Source: Rhodosorus marinus CCMP1338
Lineage: Eukaryota; Plantae; Rhodophyta
Assembly (NCBI GenBank): GCA_029953675.1
Contig: JAMWBK010000007.1
Coordinates: forward strand, 992,001-1,056,000
DNA length: 64,000 nucleotides
Direction of reading: 5' to 3'
Shown here: positions 13,286-24,910 of the stretch, in pieces
Numbering within the stretch: the first letter of the stretch is position 1
Layout: every line of letters begins with the position of its first letter
The notes under the pieces: model-generated
What the model saw: only the letters and a program-made list of their open reading frames with translations
The model's database searches: none
Told to the model about the DNA's origin: nothing
Made by a program: the position numbers and the translations under genes

Positions 13286-14189
13286 GCGGGTGATACTCAC
13301 CAGGTGAAGTTAATATAGATACCACCGCGTTTGGGGAGCGTTGTCATGTACATCAACACGCGTGAGCATTTCCCTTGCCCATCCGACGCGGCGAGGGGAT
13401 GCAGTCGCAACAGAGACGATGCCACTGAACTTGAGAACTAGCGTACGTTAGTCTGGGTTTCCGCATTCCATAGCATGGAATCATGGGCGTGCGCTGGGCT
13501 GAGGTCTGTCCAAACCGAGTAACCCCACACTGTACAACTCACCTTCTAAGCATACAGCGTTTCGATGTAGACTTTAGCTTTGCTTTTTGGGGTATGGAAA
13601 CTCGTCACAAACTAAAGTAACTCTTACTGCTCGAGACCGGAGAACCTCTTTCGCGACTCTCTTTTGTGTGGATTGCAATCCACAACACGTCCCTACAGGC
13701 AGACCGTATCTCTACTGGCATCTGCGCTTGGACCATTCCGTTCGTTCAGACCAACTGGCACAACAACCATAGCTGAGATATTGATTAAGCCGTTGAGCAG
13801 AGTTGTGTTTATGCAAAAGACGAAACCTTGCAAGCTTGTAAAGTGGACTGGCTCATCCGGTGAAATCGCTAATAGCCTGTATAGGCATGTCCATGGTTGG
13901 ATCAGAGCCAATTCAGGTACGGGATAAACCACTCAGGAGGTACTGACTCACGAACTTTAGAACTCAAGCAAGGGTCTGAACGCTAGGGAGCTTCGGGACC
14001 TTGAAAGTAAACTGTAGATTCCTCATCCTAATGCGTTTATCACTGTGATCGGGGTTGTTTCACTCGAGGACCAGTCCCTTTCCAGCCTAGCTCTCTGCTG
14101 AGATGGAGTCTTGACGCTTCCGTGGTCTGGACCCAGGAGAGAAAAGCATGAAAATCCTCGAGGGCTCCATTTTAGGCCGCACTCTAGTC

Positions 14190-15180
14190 AAATCATCATC
14201 TATCCGGGACCAGTCTGTCCCAGTCCATCCACATCCCTTAACCCTAGGAAAAAACACTTCGCGACGGTGGGCATCTCGACGGATCCGTGGTAAGAGGCCT
14301 GGAGACAGCAGACGAAAGCCTGATCATCCTAGAGTACCACGAGGCACTCATCGTTCTACTGAGATCATCAAATCTGATGAGGCGAGTTCATCACCGGACC
14401 AGTCAGTCCTACTCCATCGTCATTCCCAAGCATTGGGACAAAACAAATTCCAACGTTGAGATAGAATCTCCAGCGATCCAATTCCAATCAATCCAATCGA
14501 TGAAGAAGAGACAGTGGACACTAGACGCCCATTACATATCCACTCATCACTCCTATGAGGCCATCATCAGACCAGTAAGGCCCTTCCATTGCCCTCCATC
14601 CAAAACCCCGGGGACACGAACAACAGAACCTCCAGCGATCCAATTCCAATCGATCCAGTTGATGAGGAAGAGACAGTGGACATTAGAGGGCCATCACATT
14701 CATCATGCCGATGAGGCCATCATCGGACCAGTCAATCCCCTTCCATCGCCCACCATCCAAAACCCTGGGACACGAACAATAGTTCTGTTGTTCGTGACGA
14801 ACCTCCAGCGATCCAATTCCAATCGATCCAGTTGATGAGGAAGAGACAGTGGACATCAGAGGACCATCACATTTCCATTTCATCAATCCGATGAGGCCAT
14901 CATCGGACCAGTCAATCCCCTTCCATCGCCCGTCATCCAAAACCCTGGGACACGAGGAACAACAGAACCTCCAGCGATCCAATTCCAATCGATCCAGTTG
15001 ATGAGGAAGAGACAGCGGATATTACAGCGCCATCCAATTTCCATTTCATCAACCCGATGAGGACATCATCGGACTAGTCAATCCCCTTCCATCGCCCACC
15101 ATCCAAAACCCTGGGACACGAGGAACAACAGAACCTCCAGCGATCCAATTCCAATCGATCCAGTTGATGAGGAAGAGGGT
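14190..15180. repeat. Tandem array of about 166-bp units (4 full + 1 partial, plus about 2 diverged copies on the left)
   Basis: CTCCAGCGATCCAATTCCAATC starts at about 14468, 14629, 14802, 14968 and 15134 (spacings 161/173/166/166). Weaker GGACCAGTC-containing copies occur at about 14205 and 14395. Confidence 0.93.
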
Positions 15181-15628
15181 GGAAGGGGACATCTTGCTAA
15201 AGATAGGATACAGCTTATGAGAGGAGAGCTACCTTGAGCTCTGAGTGCTCTATCTTTCTGTCTTAAGATTGCGTACTTTGGTTTCTGTTCGTTTGGTGAC
15301 AGAAGAAGTTTTCAGTGGGGTTTGGCGGAGACCGTCTTCTTCGTCAAAAGAAGGAATTCACGAACGGGTGTGTGTAGTGGGGTCGGGAAGGAGAGTTCCA
15401 GCGAAGCTTTTTGCTTTGCTTCGTGGAAGATGGGGGGGTGTTACAGACTGTCTCGGATGGTATTGAGATCTTAAACAAGCTTCACAAGGCGCCCCCTCTC
15501 GCTCTTGTCCTTCAGGGTCGTGGCTGAATTCTTCAAGTTTCCCGTCTGAGTTTGTCAGTCGCTCTTGTCGCGGCTGCTGCCGCTGTTCGCTTTTTTGCTC
15601 GCTTTTCGGCTGTTCGAAGAGTCAAGAA

Positions 15629-16699
15629 ATGCTTCAGAATATATCGGAAAGTGAAAGATGGACCAACTTGGCGGCCGGTGGATTCGCTGGATTCGCCAAT
15701 ACGCTGCTCTTCTATCCATTGGACGTCGTGAAGACAAGGATGCAGGTTGAGGAGGTGACTCGAACGTCTCTGCTCACAATTCTTCGAAAAGGGGGTCTGT
15801 TCCGAGGACTGAGTGTGAGCATGCTCGCCTTCGTTCCAAACTGGGCACTGTACTGGATCACCTACGAGGAGCTCAAAGTCGTAGCCGGGAAGTCCACGCC
15901 GCTCGTTCATATGACGTCAGCGGTCTCTGCCGGTGTGGTCACAGCTCTAGCGACTTCTCCACTGTGGGTCATTAAGACCAGGATGCAAGTAGAGCCCGCC
16001 ACACCCGGGTCAAAACCAGAATACTCGACGATAGGACAGAGCCTGAAGAAGGTGGTCGGCGACGAGGGATTTTTCGCCCTCTACAAAGGCCTTTTTCCAA
16101 CGTTGATTGGCTTACTTCACGTCGCAGTACAGTTCCCACTTTACGAATCGATTCGATCGCGACTAGACGAGACGCCCACGGGCTCAATCAACACAATCAT
16201 CATAGCTTCTTCCGTCTCAAAGGTACGTAACGGAGATGGCCAGCTCTTCTGTCAATCATTAATGCCTTCCTTATCCTATCGAGGACAACATTGACGAATG
16301 TGGACAGACAGTCTGCTGTATGACTGAACGATGGAAGCGATCAATCCACCTGAGATGGACTCGGCCGCGCTGGGGGCAACAGTCCGACGAAAAGTCGTGC
16401 GCTGAGCAATGCTAGCCTTCTTCTGTGTCTTTCAGGTTGTAGCAAGTCTTGTTGGTTACCCACACGAGGTAGTGAGGAGCCGTTTGCAGAACGAGCGGAT
16501 GCGCGTGAGCTTCAGACATAACGAAGTTCGGAGAGCGACGAAGATGGTGAAGAAAATGGTAAGGAATGAGGGTTTTGCTGTATTCTATAGAGGACTTGGG
16601 CCCAACCTTTTGAAAACAGTGCCGTCGACCGTGATCACGTTCACGGCGTACGAGCTGGCGAAGCAGAAGCTGAGTGAGGGAAGAACGAAGAAGGATTGA
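15629..16699 (+). CDS. Mitochondrial carrier family protein, NAD+/folate transporter-like (NDT1/SLC25A32 clade)
   Basis: Three carrier signatures are present: YPLDVVKTRMQ, SPLWVIKTRMQ and YPHEVVRSRLQ. VPNWALYWITYE and LLHVAVQFPLYE are typical of NDT carriers. One intron at 16223-16435. Confidence 0.9.
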
Positions 16700-18449
16700 A
16701 GGAACAAAAAACGCAACAGCATTGAGTGATCTGTTCAAATCTTCTTTTATTTGAAAAGAGTACGAACAGAGCTACTACGATGAGAGTATGCGTTTGACAA
16801 CGGGACGACGCGATATAGGACGACGAGATCGGGAGTAAGAACAGCTGCGCGCGAAGGAATCGGCGGAATGGAGGTACTTGACTGTTGTTTTGAACGAGTA
16901 TTGGCGTTTCAACGGTGCGAACTCTGCCTTTGGTGAGAGGGCGCATGGGGCGCTCTAGCTTTCTGTCAAGCAGCGGAGACTTGGAGACATCGGTAGGAAA
17001 TCATGGCCAACGTTGAAGAGTCTCCTGAAAAACGCGTCCAATTGCTAGCTATGCGTTGGAGGATTGGCCACGGGTGGGTTCTCAACGGCAGCGCACGAAG
17101 TCTCTTCGACATCCCCTGAGGGGATCGAAAAGTTGCCTTGAAAGCTTGAGCGAAAGCGGATTTGACTCTTGCTGGAGCCGCTTCCTACTGCGATACTTTT
17201 TGTGAGAAAGTTCCCTACAAGGTATGCCCAGAGAGCCAATACCAGAAAGTTTTCGGCTCTCGATCCAAGTCAGCGCTTGAGATGATGGCAGGCTTCCTGT
17301 GAAGTACGGCATTTATGTGACGGGAGGCGGAACCACTGTACAAATGAAGGTTCCAGTCAGATACATATGCAACCGGTCGCATTATACAAGCCACTGCTAT
17401 CCTAATAAACAAATCAGAGATCTGAATTAGGTTTGTTATTCATTTCGTGGCTTGTATTCATCTGACGACCATTGTACCTTCAGGGATGAAATCTCCTCCT
17501 TCGCGGGCACTCCAGGCTTCTCCATCCGCTCGACAAGAACCAATCCCAAACCGCAGGGACGAAGGATTTTTTTCGCCGGAGTTCTGCGCAAAATGCAGTC
17601 TATGGATAGCGGAGACGTGATTTGGTCTTTCAACATGCCGGGTTTCACTCTGCCTTTTCCACAGGGCCGACAAAGTTAAAGGAGTCCAAGCATCCGGATG
17701 CAATTGTGGACGACGTTTTCTGTCCCATTCCGCGCATAGGCATTTAGCCTACTGGGCAAGCAAGCTCATCGATTCCTGAGAGAGGCTGGTGTAAACCTGA
17801 GGAACCAGCTGCACCCAAGCCAGTGACACCCAGGCGGTTCTGAACCGGCGCCATCCGGTCGAAAGCGAACACCCTCCTCGCCACTCAGGCTGCCAGAGTT
17901 GAGCAGTAGGACCTTGAGGTGCGTCAGACATCACAAAAAGTTAGGGAGGAGCTGTCTAGTAACGCGTTCTAGTAGATAACCTCTTGCGTCCTCGAGCACA
18001 TTCCACCTCGAGCAAGACGTGAGCAAATCCATTCCGCAATATCAACAATTTCATTCTTTATTAGATATAAATTCTCAATAACGATTGGTATAAGCTCACG
18101 GTATATATTCATAATAAATAATTTTATGGGGGATAGTTAATATAATTTCGTTTATATAGACAATATGTAATCTATTAAAATATATAAGTTTTGAGTAGTC
18201 GTTTATTATTTGCTTTTAACTGTAATAATCGCTTTCAATTGGTCAATAACTATTATTATTTTGAAATACTTAGTGAAGGAAGTTATATTTAGTATTTGTT
18301 ACGCGCTACGCGTTTCCGCTCGGGAGTTCGGTCCGTCTTTACTTCCAACTAACTCAACTGGCCAAGCCTGCTAGCCAGAGTTTTATAGCAGTTTGATACT
18401 ACCTGTCTAAGCACATTCAAGAGGTAGTAATGCGGAAAACACGAACCCT

Positions 18450-18975
18450 ATTTTAGCCCGCTTCTTGACCTGTTCAGCCGCTCGAGGCTCGTTTCTTGAC
18501 TTGGTCGATCGTTCCGAACTCTTTCTGCGCCCTTCGGACTGGTCAGGACTTCTTTTGGTCCCTTCAAGAGCGGCTGTGCCTCGTTTCTGACCAAGCACCC
18601 CCCCGTGAACGTTCTTCCATTTCCCCATCCGATGGGAAGGTAGCCGAAGGAGTTCTGAACGATCGACCAAGCAACACTTTCTGGTGTCGATGAAAACAAC
18701 CCCTCTCTGCAGTCGTAAACTGTCCGAAGGGGACAAAAAGACTTGTAAACGATCGAACAAGTCGCTTCGAACCCGCTGAACGGGTCAAACAAGGGGGCCA
18801 AAACAATAGTAACTAGTCGTATTTTCCACATCGCTACGCGCTGAAAGTGCTTCCACAAAGTAGTAGCAAACAGCTCTAAAACCGAGGAATCGTTCATGAC
18901 TTCTTTGGGTCCCTTCAAGAGCCGTTGCTCCTCGTTTCTGACCAAGGACCCCCCTACCTGAACGTTCTTCCGTTG
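18450..18975. repeat. Imperfect fold-back plus direct-repeat complex (MITE-like or template-switch product)
   Basis: About 18450-18540 is inverted at about 18720-18805. TTGGTCGATCGTTCCGAACTCTTTC (about 18501) is inverted at about 18647 with 2 mismatches. A 70-bp direct repeat occurs at about 18546 and 18898 (GACTTCTTT.GGTCCCTTCAAGAGC...CTCGTTTCTGACCAAG). Confidence 0.8.
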
Positions 18976-19849
18976 CGACATTCCGGTGCGAAGGAAGTTT
19001 CCCCTGTTGCCTGCTCGCAACCAAATTTTTTTTCTTACATTTGGATTTATGAATTTAAGAAATTTATAACGAGTTCTGTTGATTATTTCTATCATTATTC
19101 ATATATATCTATTCATTAGTTTTATGGGTTTTTGTAAGTATTCCGTTATTTGGTCTCAATGAGCGATTTCTCTACAGATGGTCGATGAGCCTTTCAATCT
19201 GGAAGGAGTTGGTTCTTACTATGACGTCTTTCGTGAAAGAGAGAGCAGTACTGCTTCGTTTGATGCAATAAAGGCCCGAAGATGGTACCTTTAAGCTTTT
19301 TTTCATTCGAGTCCGAGCGTCGCGGGTGACGAATCGGGTGGGATTCCTGCTGCGAGTTGCAACCCCCTTCTTCTCTCGTCAAATGTGCGTGGGATCATTG
19401 CGGGGTGGAATCCATGCTCTTCCAATTCTGTTTCTTCTGTAGGGATCATCAATCCGTTGCTGGTTGCAAATTGAGACACCAAACAGTTGGCAAGTCATTA
19501 CTCTTCGATGTGCAGGGTCGCGTTCGCTGTCCGCCTATTGATCGGTTCATACTTCACAGCGCAGTGACCATGAGACACTCCAAGGCTCAGGGACCATCAT
19601 GAGAAGCCCACAAAGCTTGCTGTTATCAGCTCTTGACTGCGTATTCATTCCTGAGAAAGGTTGATTGATCACGTTTGCGAATCGTACTGGCGTAGCGATG
19701 GTAAGACTGCTACGCCAATTTCGACGTCTGCATTTTGGAGCATTGGCCCAGAGTTGCTTTTGATCGGGCGATGAACCAAATCGTTCTTCTGACCGTCATA
19801 CTCCCGATGAGAAATGTTAGCCGGACGATGGTTCAACCTAGCGTCCTAT

Positions 19850-21064
19850 TCAGAGTCTTCTTTTACGGCCGTTTGGGTCCCCGGAAAGGTTTGAATCTCT
19901 TGGAGCGATTCTTTGGTTGGAGTAGGGGGGGGGCGACCTGCTCTGGTGAGACGGGCTCCGCGACCGCGGGGGATTTCCCCCACCTCGGAAATCGCCCTTC
20001 TCAGTCCGTCGCGATAAGAAACCGCGGCGCTCGACTTCGGCCCAATCCTCAGGCTGGGGCTCTGGAGATTGATTCCCTCCGTGGTCTCTGGGTCCTCGGA
20101 GTTCTCCTCGTCCCATGTCCGCCGGTCGACCGCCTTGATACTCTGATCTGCTATTCTCGCGTCGGTACCCATCGTCACCATGCCACTCAACAGAGGGGCC
20201 TTCATGCGTGCTCCTATCATCCACACGCGATCTGTGCGTATCCTCCCTCTCCATGACGCGGGAATTTTGTGCATAGTTACCGTCTATGGGTCGTCGATAA
20301 ACTGGATCGTGGTTTTTATCTGCGTAGTCCGCTTCTCGGCTGTCCCGCGGTATTGCTCGCTGGGCCTTAATCCGGTCATTGTGCGCCGTTCTTGGTTCCC
20401 CACCGACGGGGGTGTACTGACCAGATCTTTGCACGCTTTTCGGCTGAGCAGGTCCGGGCTTTTCGACTACTTTCCTCTTGTGCTTGTTGATCATGTCCAC
20501 TACTGCATCAACGTCCCTTGCGTCGAAGATTGCGGGGATATCACGCGTTAAATGTTCTGGTAGCCTGTCGATGAACTTGTTCGCAAGGACTTGATCTGGC
20601 ATTGGAGTAGGGGTCGCTAGCGATGCCGTCCTCAACCTCTTAGCGTAGCTTTCTACGCTTTCATCAGATCTGAAACAGCACTCATCCAATCGCTCGTACA
20701 GAGTAAGGCGATGCACCATATTGAACACCTTGTCCTTCATATGCTCCCAGAGCTCATCCGATGAAGCGCTTTTCAAGCGTGGCTCATCTCGAAGATAGTC
20801 GAATATTACCAGGGCTTGTCCGACGAAGCAGATGGACATGATACTTACCGCATCCCGCTCCGAGATGGGAAAGTCGTGGCGGGTGCGCTCCCATATTCTT
20901 TGGCATAAAGTAAACCTCGGATCGCCAGGTTCTCGTACTCGTGCGGGCTCAATTAGGGTCGTGTAGAACGGGAACACCTGATCCAAAGGCTGTGAAGGCG
21001 GAGGGTAAATTCGCTCCTTTCTCGATTGAGGCGGAGGTCGCTTGTGGCCCGATATACGATCCAT
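19850..21064 (-). mobile_element. Retrotransposon gag-like ORF (about 404 aa), with no recognisable pol or LTRs
   Basis: Intronless ORF with capsid-like motifs: GQALVIFDYL...ELWEHMKDKVF...DESVESYAKRLR...VLANKFIDRLP. The C-terminal half is Arg/Asp-rich and disordered, and no CCHC knuckle is seen. Confidence 0.65.
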
Positions 21065-21928
21065 GACGATGGGTCTTCTAAAACCTCGGCCAACCGCAGG
21101 GTTTACAAATTTTCGCGTCTCTCCACGCTCTCCAGGGCTCTTTTGCACAATGGCGCTTTCTTTCCCGCGCTGCTACTCCGGCGCCCGCTTGCAACCACGA
21201 ACAAACGCAACCCCTTGAAAACTCCTCGTCAGCAATCGAGAAAGAGCTGGGTTGCTTTTTTGTGTGTGTGTGATTATGCTCCTCTCCTATCCAAAGCCAT
21301 TCAACGCAAACAAACGGTTTCCTACATCGGCCTCGAACCCACCTCCGTCCCGCCCCGCTCCGCCGGCGAACTCTAAAACCCGCGAAAAAGAACACCAGAC
21401 AGATAGTCAAGAGAGGGAATTCTTCCTGCGTCTAAAAGGATTCAGGTTCTCGTTGAAAACTCTCGTCTTAGAGCTTGAAACAACAGATCCCATCCTCCTC
21501 CAACCCCTCTCCATCCTCGATGTCTTCTTGGCCATCTTCACCAGCCACCATGGAAACAGGAAGCTTACGCCTGCATAAATATGTACATAGTTAGTCTATA
21601 GATATCTTATTCAAAGAAATATCCCTAAATATCGTTCATTAGATATTGTTTTCCAAACTTTTAGGACATATATATAGCTTAAGGATCAAAAAAGCAATTT
21701 CATAAATATGATGAAACGTAATCTATAAATATCTTATTTAAGAAATATCATCTAAAGTTCATGAATAAAATAGTTTTATTTAGAATATTATGATATTTGT
21801 CTAGTTTATGGATCGGATGTAGGGTTTTGGGTGGAGTGGGGAGTTGGATCGATTGGGACGGAAAGGTGGGTTGGGGGAGGACGCACGAGAAGTTACCCTC
21901 TAGATGTCAGGATTAGGATCTGGAACGG

Positions 21929-23105
21929 ATGCTGAACTTTGTTAAGGTGGTTTGCTGTGGATCGGGTCCGATCACCAGTAAGGCCAACAGTAGGGTTAAG
22001 CATGCGCGAAAGGTGCTGACGAACCGGAGGGTTCGGGAGAGGGAAGGACTGATCTTCGTTGAAGGGATTCGGTGAGGAGAAGCAAGAAGACAGACGAAGA
22101 AATCTTCTATTGGTTGTTATGGCCCCTGCTTATGAAACCTGGGAAAAAATTTCGCATGACTTGGCAAAAAACCTAGACTCGTGCTGGACGCCGTTGCCGC
22201 GAAGAATGAGCCCGAGGTCTTATTTTTCACCGACAGAGCGATGAGCAAAGGAGAATACGGAGCTGCCATGCAGAAACTTATCAGCACGCTTCCACATGAT
22301 AGAGTCGTCTATTCCAGCGAGGAGATCATGCAGCACTTAACGGACACGGAGAATTGTCAGGTACTATCACATTCCGCCGTACCCTCAAATGCTCTTTTTC
22401 TTGCATCCAAATCGTCTAGTTGGAAATCAACTAAGTTAGAAACTTTGCTTCCCATTGTCTCATCTGCTCTGATCCCACTCTCTTCACGATTCATGTCAAC
22501 AACGGACAGGGTGTGGCCGCTGTTCTGAAGAAGAAGCAAGCAATTGCACCAGCTCAGCCAAGTCTCGTGCTAGCTCTTGACAGACTGTCCGATCCTGGCA
22601 ATGTAGGAACTTTGATCCGTACTGCCGCTGGTGCTGGTGCGCATGCCGTCTTCTTGACGAAAGGATCGGCGGATCCGTTCGGGCTGAAGACTCTAAGAGC
22701 TGGAATGGGAGCGCAGTTCAGGATTCCCGTTCTTCCCAATTGGGAATGGTCAGATATTGAATCCTATTCAAGAGGTAAGGGGAGGGAACACAGACCCCGA
22801 CGAAGAGAGGAACCCGCTACGAAAATGTGACAGCTAGTGTATTCTTTTGTTTCTCCATAGAGAGAGGGCTGGCACTGATCGTCGCCGATGGTTCTGGAGA
22901 CGTTCGGCACTATAGCTACGACTGGAAGGAGCCCTCTATGCTGGTCGTGGGTGCGGAAGCTGATGGCCCGAGCGAGGAGGTTTTAAAGTCGGCAGACTGT
23001 TGCGTGAGCATTCCGTTGGCTGAAGATTCAGCGGAGAGCCTTAACGCGGCGGTCGCGGGCGCCGTAATACTGTTCGAGGCTCAACGGCAGAGAATAGTTG
23101 GATAG
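21929..23105 (+). CDS. TrmH/SpoU family RNA 2'-O-methyltransferase (MRM3/RNMTL1-like)
   Basis: The N-terminus reads ITSKANSRVKHARK...EGLIFVEG. SpoU motifs are LDRLSDPGNVGTLIRTAAGAG, LVVGAEADGPS and IPLAEDSAESLNAAVAGAVILFE. There are three GT-AG introns (about 22073-22178, 22361-22509, 22775-22860). The start codon is inferred. Confidence 0.9.
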
Positions 23106-23243
23106 ATCCGGTCATCGAAGTGATTCGCTTGTCTTAACCAGCACTTGTACAGCTGGTAATGTGACGAAGACTTTTTATCACTCAAGTCGCGCATCCTCGG
23201 TCTGCTACCTAACACTGAACATATTGAAGAACAATACTAAAAG

Positions 23244-24910
23244 CTACGTTGAATCCTTTGGCGTGTCTTCTGGAGCTTCCTCGGGCTTATTCTTCGGCTC
23301 CTTCTCCGGATCCGAATTCGCCTTTCCACCACCAACGGCGGGTTGGTCTTCGACTTTCTTTCTTCGAGGTTCACCTCGCTTATCGCTGGCTGCCCACGAC
23401 GGGGTTTTGAACTCAGTCAATTTTCTCTCATTGTGAAGGTAGCACCAGTGCTTGGTCTCCGAATCGTATCGGACACACGCGTCGTCTTCGTAGTGAAGGC
23501 GATCCAATGCACCGCTCACTACCTGGTTCAGCTGAGCCATCGAGGCGCCTTCACGAATGTACTGCGATTCCAGCAGAAGATCGCAGATTTCCTGACGATT
23601 GCCTTCATTCTCTGTCGTGATCAATTGCACAGCATAGATCGTTAGCCACAGCGTAAAAGAACACAAAAGAAGTGTTTCATTCGAAAGGATATGCCTGGAT
23701 CGTACTCGGAAGCCGACTCGCACCATCCCGAACCAGACACAAGATGGTTACATGACTTGGTCTCTCGTTCTTCAGCAACGGATGCTCTCTTGGACGTCCA
23801 CCATCCAGTGCAGGGCCTCGTTTGAGTGGAGCAACAACCGAATTGCCCCATTCGTTGCGGTATATGAACGCTTTTTCGGGTACAGTGTACCTCTCAGTTT
23901 CCTTTTGTGGTAGATAAGCGATAGGAAACAGTAAAAAGCCCGGTTAGAATATTCTCTTCGCTGAGAATTTGCAATGGGGGAGGATGGGAAGACGTCACAA
24001 CGGTTACCTGTCTCCTGTAGTCCATAGCGCGTTTAATCCGAGCTTCATCCCATCCTTCGAGATTGTCCCTGTTGAGGTACCCGCCTTCATTCTTGTCCGA
24101 TGAGAGTCCGCCGACTCTCGGACGCTTTCGCACGAGAATTTTGCGTACAAAGCTGTCGTGGTACTCTCTCATCGCCTGCAGATAACGCCGCTTCTGCACA
24201 GGAAGACGAGATAACAGGAAGTTTCCTCAGCTACGGACAGTGACCCGCAGGGCAGAAGTCATACTCAAGCGAGAGCTCACCTGAAGCAAAATGAGCCTCT
24301 GTTTCCACCGTCGAATTCTCGGATGTGTCATCCCAGATAGCACGTAGTCCCACGCATTCTGCCTGAGATCCCCAAAGAAGCTGATCTTGCCGGAGAGAAA
24401 CTCGGACACAATCTGATCCTGCTCTGCTTTGTCCTTTGAGGGGAGGAAAGGCCTTAGGGAGTCTCTTTCATCGGCATCGAGAGTCTCCATCCAAGTTTTC
24501 ATGCTCAAGATATCGGAAGCACCGATTCCAAGCGCCGAGAGTGCTCCCACCTATGATCACGATTGCTTGAGCGTGAGCACAAACTAGTCGGATCTCCGTC
24601 AGACCTGTCAGACTCGTACCTGTCCAATATAGTTCCCCATGAGGCTCTCTGGATACTCCTCTCCACTTGAGGCATCGTTTTGCTCCGGATGGGTACTTTT
24701 TCGCTTGGCTCTCCTGGCGTTATCCCTCCTCCTCTCAAGCCGCTCCAACTCCTTCTTCTTCTTCTCGGTCGCGAGTTCATTCTGGGACATCACCACCTTC
24801 TGACCCGATGGCGGAGGAACAGAAGTAGGAGCAAAGGGCGCTTTCACTACTTCCGTCTTCACATCTCCTGGAGGAGCAACCGTAACCGTTGCATCTCTTG
24901 ATTCCTCCAT
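23244..24910 (-). CDS. NFRKB: NFRKB/INO80G-like chromatin protein (DEUBAD + winged helix)
   Basis: DEUBAD-like segment DILSMKTW...ERDSLRPFLP...FFGD. Spliced exons give ERYTVPEKAFIY...HPLLKNERPSHVTILCLVRDGASRLP...RQEICDLLLESQYI...VSGALDRLHYEDDACVRYDSETKHWCYLH, the NFRKB winged-helix signature. Four introns. Confidence 0.88.

Noticed and set aside
12584-13300. Long antisense ORFs over COPB2, ZNFX1, hisD and other genes
   Set aside because: These are shadow ORFs expected opposite GC-balanced coding sequence.
14468-15180. CRISPR-like array
   Set aside because: Whole units are homologous with no unique spacers, the period is about 166 bp, the context is eukaryotic, and no cas genes are present.
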